A stretch of DNA of 64,000 nt, taken from IMG/VR virus record IMGVR_UViG_3300028482_000001, positions 16,556-80,555 of that record; one strand, written 5' to 3'. Numbering within the stretch: the first letter of the stretch is position 1; each line of letters opens with the position of its first letter. A program made the translations under genes and the position numbers. Below the pieces are notes generated by a model. The model ran no database searches. It had not been told where the DNA came from and saw nothing but the letters and a program-made list of their open reading frames with translations. The DNA comes from a virus (lineage: Duplodnaviria > Caudoviricetes). Of this stretch, positions 58,047 through 64,000 are shown in pieces.

Positions 58047-59737
58047 TGCAATATTTAAATGAAAAATTATGGAAATCGGCATATTTAATAGAATTTCACA
58101 AAAACGGGAATTTGCAAGATGCTTTTGCGTTTTCAGTTCCTCCTCAAAGTGAAGAATTTGTATTTTCTCAACGAATCAACGAAACTAAAACATTTGGTGG
58201 CTCTGTAATTGACGATTATGGGAATGATACAGTTAAAATTTCGTTGGCAGGAACTACAATTAATCAAAGTTTGAAAATAATCTACCAAGGAAACAAAGGG
58301 CAGAAATTTTTATCTGGCCAAGATGAAATTTTCTATTTGCGAGATTTATTAAAAAAATATGGGGATTTTTCAAACTTGCAAGGGAAGGAAGTTTTCTTAT
58401 ACTCTTTAGACAATGGGAAAAAAGGAAGTGGGGCAAAAAATCCTAAAGCATGGCAAATATTCGTAACAGATTTTACTGTGCGCAGAAGTAAAGATATGCC
58501 ATTTACTTATTTTTATACCTTAAACGCAATCGGCTGCCCAATGGAAATAAGTAGTAAAAATAAAATATTGGAATTACTTAAAAAGAATAAAAAATTAAAT
58601 AATTTAGTAGAAAAGTTTAATTCATTTAACGAGTTTTTAAAAGAAAAACTTTCCATTTTACAAAGTTACTTGGGGTATATTGAAGAGTTTTCTGAATTGG
58701 TAAGTATTGTATCTACAAATGTCGAAGATGTTTCTACAAATTTATCTAATTATATGAATTTATTAACTGGCAGTATTGAATCTATTAGTAATGTTGTTTC
58801 AGAAGTAGTTGCATTACATGATACAGTGTTAGAAAGTACATTAAAATTATGGCCTACAAATTTATGCACACAATTATTTAATTCAACAAGTAAATTGGTT
58901 CAGTCGTGCATAGATATGCGAGATTGGTGGGATAATTTTGTTCATAACAATGTAGAATATGAAAAAATATGTAGCAATTTCAAGATTGCACAACAAGATT
59001 TATACGATAAAGGTAAAAAACTTTTTAACGGAATAAATAAACATAGTAATGCCCTTGCAAAGGCTGTTAATATTAATATTAATGGTAATTCAGTTGATGG
59101 AATTGTAAAACCTGGAACAGAAAATGAGGATGATAGTTTAATTATTATAAATGGGTATAAAGAATATTCTTTTAAAAGTAGTGATACGTGGGCATCAATT
59201 TCACAAAAATATTATGGAACGCCAGATTATGCATCAATAATTCAGTTATACAATGATCATATTAGTTTAGAAAATTTAGAGGTAGGAGCTGTTGTTTATA
59301 TTCCCAACATAAACTCATCTTCAAATTATATGTTAGAAGCTAATGAAGTTTATCACGAGCCAGGAATAAAAGATATTTATGGGCAAGATTTTAAAATCGT
59401 TAATGGAGATTTTAATTTTAAAAATGGCGATTTAGAAAAAATCAGTGGTGTAAATAATCTAAATCAAGCAATTTTAAATAGATTAACGACAACTATAAAT
59501 TCTCGTGTTCGCAATGTTGTATATGGAATTAGAAATGAAGTTGGTGTTCCCTCGATTAGTGCATCTGCTATTAGTTCGTATATTACAAGTTCGATAGAAC
59601 AAACAATATTGGCAGATCCTCGTGTAGATAGCATTGAAAGTTTAACATGGGAAAGTAAAAACGGAGAACAACTACAAGTCAATGTAGTGTACAATACAGT
59701 TGTAGGTGGTGTAAAAAACTTATCTGCATTAATTTAA
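58046..59737 (+). CDS. Tube-initiator/LysM/gp25-like baseplate fusion protein
   Basis: LysM 'KSSDTWASISQKYYG'; C-terminal 'GDLEKISGVNNLNQAI..DPRV'. Confidence 0.7.
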   Translation: MQYLNEKLWKSAYLIEFHKNGNLQDAFAFSVPPQSEEFVFSQRINETKTFGGSVIDDYGNDTVKISLAGTTINQSLKIIYQGNKGQKFLSGQDEIFYLRDLLKKYGDFSNLQGKEVFLYSLDNGKKGSGAKNPKAWQIFVTDFTVRRSKDMPFTYFYTLNAIGCPMEISSKNKILELLKKNKKLNNLVEKFNSFNEFLKEKLSILQSYLGYIEEFSELVSIVSTNVEDVSTNLSNYMNLLTGSIESISNVVSEVVALHDTVLESTLKLWPTNLCTQLFNSTSKLVQSCIDMRDWWDNFVHNNVEYEKICSNFKIAQQDLYDKGKKLFNGINKHSNALAKAVNININGNSVDGIVKPGTENEDDSLIIINGYKEYSFKSSDTWASISQKYYGTPDYASIIQLYNDHISLENLEVGAVVYIPNINSSSNYMLEANEVYHEPGIKDIYGQDFKIVNGDFNFKNGDLEKISGVNNLNQAILNRLTTTINSRVRNVVYGIRNEVGVPSISASAISSYITSSIEQTILADPRVDSIESLTWESKNGEQLQVNVVYNTVVGGVKNLSALI

Positions 59738-59746
59738 GGAGAATAC

Positions 59747-60835
59747 ATGGAAACAAACGATTATAATACACTTGTAGAAAATATGAAAAACAATTTTATT
59801 GTAAATTCTAAAGTGTCAGACTTGAACGAAGGTTCAATGGTAAAAACAACTTTTGAATCTGTTGCAAATGTTTTAGAAGAAGCTTATATAGATACTCGAC
59901 TTGGATTTCAACAGAATTTAACACAAATTGCAACGAGTATTTTTAATTTCAAGAAAAAAAACGGAAAAGCTGCAAATGTTGAAGTATATTTTTCACGAGC
60001 AACGCCTTCTAGTGATGAAGTAATAATTCCATCTAATACAATTATTTCTGATGGAACATTTAGATTTTTTACTTCGGAAGTAGCAAGAATACAACCTAAT
60101 GAAATTAATTCAAATACTGTTTTTGCTCAAGCAGAAGATATAGGAACAGAGTACAATGTTTCTTCTGGAACAATTAATACTATTGAATCTTCTATTCCTT
60201 CATCTGTAGTTGCAGTAACAAATTCAAAAAAAGCAATAGGTGGGGCAGATGAAGAAAGCGATACAGAAATGCAGGCAAGATTTAAGAATTATATCAATGG
60301 GTTACAGGGAACAAATAAATATGGAATTATGGCAGGACTATTAGCAAATCCTAAAGTTAGATCTATTAGCGTTGTAGAAGATGCAGTAGAGGAAACAGGG
60401 GCAGATGCAATTATTTATATTGACGATGGTACTGGAAATTTATCCGAAGATTTGAAATCAGAATTATTAGACATTGTTAATGGTACAGAAGATAGTACTA
60501 ATCCAGGTTTAAGAGCTGGCGGCGTTTTAATCGACTTAGAACCTTGTACTCAAGTTGCAATTGATGTAGAAGCAAAAATAACTCTTTATAGAGCAGAAGA
60601 AAACTTTGCAGATGCCGCATTGAAAGAAACTGTAGAAAAAACTATCAATAGTCTTTTAATTAACGAAGATGTTATATATGCAGATATAATTACAGCACTT
60701 AAAAATACAGGAAGTTATGTAAAAAACATCAAAAATTTAACGTTGAACTCAATCACAAATACAGATGTTACAATTAACGAGCATCAAATTGCAAGATTAG
60801 GAAACGTGAATTTTACATATGATTATTGGGAGTAA
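59747..60835 (+). CDS. Baseplate J-like protein
   Basis: 'AEDIGTEYNV..GGADEESD..RF' J motifs. Confidence 0.9.
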   Translation: METNDYNTLVENMKNNFIVNSKVSDLNEGSMVKTTFESVANVLEEAYIDTRLGFQQNLTQIATSIFNFKKKNGKAANVEVYFSRATPSSDEVIIPSNTIISDGTFRFFTSEVARIQPNEINSNTVFAQAEDIGTEYNVSSGTINTIESSIPSSVVAVTNSKKAIGGADEESDTEMQARFKNYINGLQGTNKYGIMAGLLANPKVRSISVVEDAVEETGADAIIYIDDGTGNLSEDLKSELLDIVNGTEDSTNPGLRAGGVLIDLEPCTQVAIDVEAKITLYRAEENFADAALKETVEKTINSLLINEDVIYADIITALKNTGSYVKNIKNLTLNSITNTDVTINEHQIARLGNVNFTYDYWE

Positions 60836-60838
60836 AAA

Positions 60839-61873
60839 ATGACAATTTCAGAAAAGTTAAAAAACAACTTTCCTTCAACTTTAAGTAAAAGTGGAAAGTT
60901 TTTTTCAGCGTTTATCGCAAATGATCAAAAAACAGGAGCAATAGAAAAAGAATTATACAATATTGTTAATTATATGAAAGAATGGAAAAATATAAACAAT
61001 GTGTATGATTCAAAAGGAACTGCTCTTGAATATATCTCTAGTTTTTTTACTTATTTGGAACGATTTACAGATGAAAAAGAAAAAAGTTACCTGGATAGAA
61101 TTAAGGCAATTTTTGTTCGCGGTGGTGATGTAACATGGGGAACTGCTCCTAACATTTTGCATACATTTAAAAACTATTTTAACGTAGATACGATTTATTT
61201 ATTAGAAAAAACTAACGATAAAAGTGAAAATAAATTTCAAAATTATGTTTTTGATGATTTAGAAGGATGGGTTTCTGAAAACGCCGAATTATCAAAAGAA
61301 GCTAGATTTTCAAAAACAAATGGGATTTTATTTCATGATGGAACAATTTCCCAAACTGTAAATACAAATGTAGATAAAGGTTATTACATTCATTTTTTTT
61401 ACAAAGGGCAAGTGTCGATAGAAGTTGAAAATGGGAAAATTTATAAGTGGGATCACAAAGCAGAAATCTATAGAGAAAGTGATGCAAGAAAAGATTTTAC
61501 TTCTGATAAATGGAGTGGTGCGAGTTTTTATTTTAAGGCAAAAAGTGATTCTGTAAATGTTAAATTTTCTGGTACTGAAAACACTTATTTTGATTATCCA
61601 ATGTTTTTTGAAAAAAAGAGAAAAAAATCTTTTACATTGTTTGTTCAGTTTACGGGAGCAACAGCAAAAAACGCCTTAGCCTTATCTCCTGGGAGTGAAG
61701 ATCCAAATGAAGAAATTAAAAATTACGAGCTAGCTGGATATTACGATGATACATATTTAACAGGTGCTAACAGTGGTTTTGCAATAGATTTGTATGCAGA
61801 TTTATTAGAATATGTGAAAGCTGTAGGAGTAAAAGCTTATTTAGAAATCGTAAATCGAGATCAAGATAGTTGA
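60839..61873 (+). CDS. Baseplate wedge (gpI-like) protein
   Basis: Follows J; 'LEYI..ESY..RI' and C-terminal 'VKAVGV'. Confidence 0.6.
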   Translation: MTISEKLKNNFPSTLSKSGKFFSAFIANDQKTGAIEKELYNIVNYMKEWKNINNVYDSKGTALEYISSFFTYLERFTDEKEKSYLDRIKAIFVRGGDVTWGTAPNILHTFKNYFNVDTIYLLEKTNDKSENKFQNYVFDDLEGWVSENAELSKEARFSKTNGILFHDGTISQTVNTNVDKGYYIHFFYKGQVSIEVENGKIYKWDHKAEIYRESDARKDFTSDKWSGASFYFKAKSDSVNVKFSGTENTYFDYPMFFEKKRKKSFTLFVQFTGATAKNALALSPGSEDPNEEIKNYELAGYYDDTYLTGANSGFAIDLYADLLEYVKAVGVKAYLEIVNRDQDS

Positions 61874-61976
61874 AAAAGAAAGAAAAGTAATATATAATTA
61901 ATTATAACATATAAAGTATAAAAAACGATGTGTATATAAAAGACAGTCGGCTCTAACAGCCTACTGTCTTTTTTTT
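61870..61976 (+). promoter_or_regulatory. Late leader motif copy G
   Basis: TTGAAA-17-TATAAT; gatgtgta-aagacagtcggct..agcctactgtctt + T-tract. Confidence 0.8.
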
Positions 61977-62006
61977 GTTTTGTTCGAGCCGACATCGGAG
62001 GGTATT

Positions 62007-64000
62007 ATGTCAACTGTTAGTATTGAACAAAACGAAAATTCTTTTTTCACAACTGGAATTGTGCAAGGAAATGAAATTGTCAAAGCTGATGATTTTAATT
62101 TTTCTTTTTCTTCTATAATAAATAATTTATCTAAATTTTCTAAAATGATTTTTGAGGCCGATAAAAACTTTGTTATCGGGGGTGAGGTTTCTGTTTACAA
62201 TGGCCTTAATCTAAAAATTGCTCCCCTTTTTGGAGTTTGCCACGCAACAGGTATGCCATTCGGAATCGCTGATGAATTAACAAATATCTCAATTCCTATT
62301 TCTGCGGGAGAAAATGATAGAATCGACATTATCGAAGTAAAAGGTGTAATGGAAGAATATGAATTACAACAAAGAGCTTTTAATGATTTGGATAATGACA
62401 CGATTACATATCAAAAAGTAAACACAAAAACAGGATTAACGTTAGATATTGTTGTAAAAAAAGGAACTGCAGGGCAAGCCCCAACAGTAGATGATGGGTA
62501 TGTAAAATTGTGCGAGGTTCATTATATAGCAAATTCAGAAGAATTATATGATGAAGATATTTATAATATTACTGCCGATGTTAAAGATATGGGAAATACA
62601 GAATGGACAAATGATAAAGATTCTGTATATAACATTAAATATATATCTGACGTTAATGAACGATTTAGAACAGATCATAATGAAGATGGTACACATAAAA
62701 CTAATATAATTGGTAAAAGAGAAATAAACTTAACTGAACAAAATGGCAATCAACTTACAGGAAATGAAATTCTTACTGCAAGTGAGATTTCTATTAATAA
62801 TGATAAAATTTTAGGAACAACTAGTATTTCTGCAAGCTTGCGAATTTGTGCAGAAAAAATAACAGAACTGTTTAATGAATATTTAAAATACGGAAAGTTT
62901 AATTTTAAAGGCGAACTTTCTCTGTCGGATATATTAAATTCAGAAGGAAGTACTCTTAGTAACGCTTTAAGAATTGGAGTAAAAACAACTGATGATGTAA
63001 GTTTTGCTTATTTAAATTTCTATGGGGTAGATGTATTAAAAATATCTCAAGATGGCACAGTTTCATTATCAACAGGTTATATTGCAAAAGCAAACAATGA
63101 TGTAGTTGTGAAATCTGTTACAGATGCCCTTTCTAATTCATTAAATTTGTTGACAACCAGAGTAAAATATTTAGAGGAAAACCTTGATCCAACAGCTGCG
63201 ACTAATAGAGTTTTATCTAAGTTTACTGTAAGTCCTGTAGTTGTTAAATCTGCAACAACTTCAAATATTGAATTGTCAAATGAACAAATTATAGATAGTG
63301 TACAAGTAACAAGTGGTGAGTTTGTTCTTGTTAAAGATCAAACAAATCAAAAAGAAAATGGATTATACCAAGTTACAAGTAGTTCATGGGTAAGGTTTAA
63401 TCAAGAAATAACAAAACAACTTTTTATTATTTCTGATGGAAAAACAAACAAAGGAAAATCTTTTTATACTTTAACTGATAATATTATAATCAATGAAACT
63501 GATATAATTTGGCTAGAAGCTATTTATTCTAGTTATCCTAATCCTAATACTGTTGCATTAAGAAATAGTGATGGTGTAATTTTAGGTGCGAAGCCTGTGA
63601 ATAAACCTTCAAGTCCATCAGACGAAATCCCTAATATGAAATTTCTAGCCGATGTTTTATATCCGGTTGGGTTTGTTTATACCCAATATCCATTGTGTCC
63701 ATCTCCAGTAGACATGAAGTTGTATGGAACATGGGAAGACGTATCGCATAAATATGCGGGAATGTTTGCTCGTGTTGATGGCGGCGATGCAGTTGAGTTT
63801 GAAAAAAAAGTATCAATTTCAAACATGTCTGGTACTACACTAACATTGATTGATGGACATGGAGTAACAACGGGGTGTATATTAGTTGATAGCGAAGGCG
63901 ATGAGCCAACATATGAACAAAGAAGTGTTACAAATGTTAATGGAAACACAATTACAATTGATTCAGCGTTTAGTAAAAATTTAACGACCGTTTTAATTTT
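62007..64000 (+). CDS. Tail fibre protein (3' end beyond the window)
   Basis: ATG after RBS ggagg, read by eye as open to the window end; 'VLVKDQTNQKENGLY' and 'LYPVGFVYTQYP..GTWEDVS..YAGMFARVDGG' fibre motifs. Confidence 0.8.
   Translation, partial: MSTVSIEQNENSFFTTGIVQGNEIVKADDFNFSFSSIINNLSKFSKMIFEADKNFVIGGEVSVYNGLNLKIAPLFGVCHATGMPFGIADELTNISIPISAGENDRIDIIEVKGVMEEYELQQRAFNDLDNDTITYQKVNTKTGLTLDIVVKKGTAGQAPTVDDGYVKLCEVHYIANSEELYDEDIYNITADVKDMGNTEWTNDKDSVYNIKYISDVNERFRTDHNEDGTHKTNIIGKREINLTEQNGNQLTGNEILTASEISINNDKILGTTSISASLRICAEKITELFNEYLKYGKFNFKGELSLSDILNSEGSTLSNALRIGVKTTDDVSFAYLNFYGVDVLKISQDGTVSLSTGYIAKANNDVVVKSVTDALSNSLNLLTTRVKYLEENLDPTAATNRVLSKFTVSPVVVKSATTSNIELSNEQIIDSVQVTSGEFVLVKDQTNQKENGLYQVTSSSWVRFNQEITKQLFIISDGKTNKGKSFYTLTDNIIINETDIIWLEAIYSSYPNPNTVALRNSDGVILGAKPVNKPSSPSDEIPNMKFLADVLYPVGFVYTQYPLCPSPVDMKLYGTWEDVSHKYAGMFARVDGGDAVEFEKKVSISNMSGTTLTLIDGHGVTTGCILVDSEGDEPTYEQRSVTNVNGNTITIDSAFSKNLTTVLI

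Noticed and set aside
1-64000. CRISPR array, tRNA or rRNA genes
   Set aside because: No repeat-spacer periodicity and no cloverleaf or rRNA signatures seen; the short repeats are contiguous with no unique spacers
63650-64000. Diversity-generating retroelement target in the tail fibre
   Set aside because: No reverse transcriptase or TR/VR pair in the window; the gene end is outside it
1-64000. Alternative genetic code
   Set aside because: Long conserved genes (TerL, capsid, sheath) are intact under the standard bacterial code

Overview
AT-rich 64-kb segment of a temperate-looking contractile-tailed phage or prophage. The host is probably a spirochaete such as Treponema; this is inferred from the style of the XRE repressors and the tail-fibre C-terminal motif. 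Gene order: regulatory module (membrane LuxR, XRE repressors, several antirepressors), then recombination (YqaJ, RecT, DEDDh exonuclease), replication (initiator, DnaC-like loader, SSB), GroES, terminases and portal. Next comes a ~24-kb block (18.0-41.7 kb) of large multidomain 'polyvalent' head-associated proteins, which includes the portal, a MuF/InPase protein carrying a LAGLIDADG intein and an accessory gene cluster. It is followed by a SPO1/Twort-like prohead protease and capsid, neck, lipase, sheath, tube, tape measure, baseplate and a tail fibre cut by the window end. No integrase, lysin, tRNA, rRNA or CRISPR array was recognised. The most striking unexplained structure has four parts. 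(1) Each of three RNase-toxin-like domains is immediately followed by an antisense sigma70 promoter driving a small hairpin RNA with a U-tract. (2) Seven late-gene leaders share a GATGTG + GGCAG/CTGCC terminator motif. (3) Three early/middle leaders share a loop-loop (kissing/pseudoknot) attenuator architecture. (4) Six putative head-cargo proteins share N-terminal and K-S/K-A motifs that also delimit their domains. All family names are recalled from sequence motifs, not from database searches.
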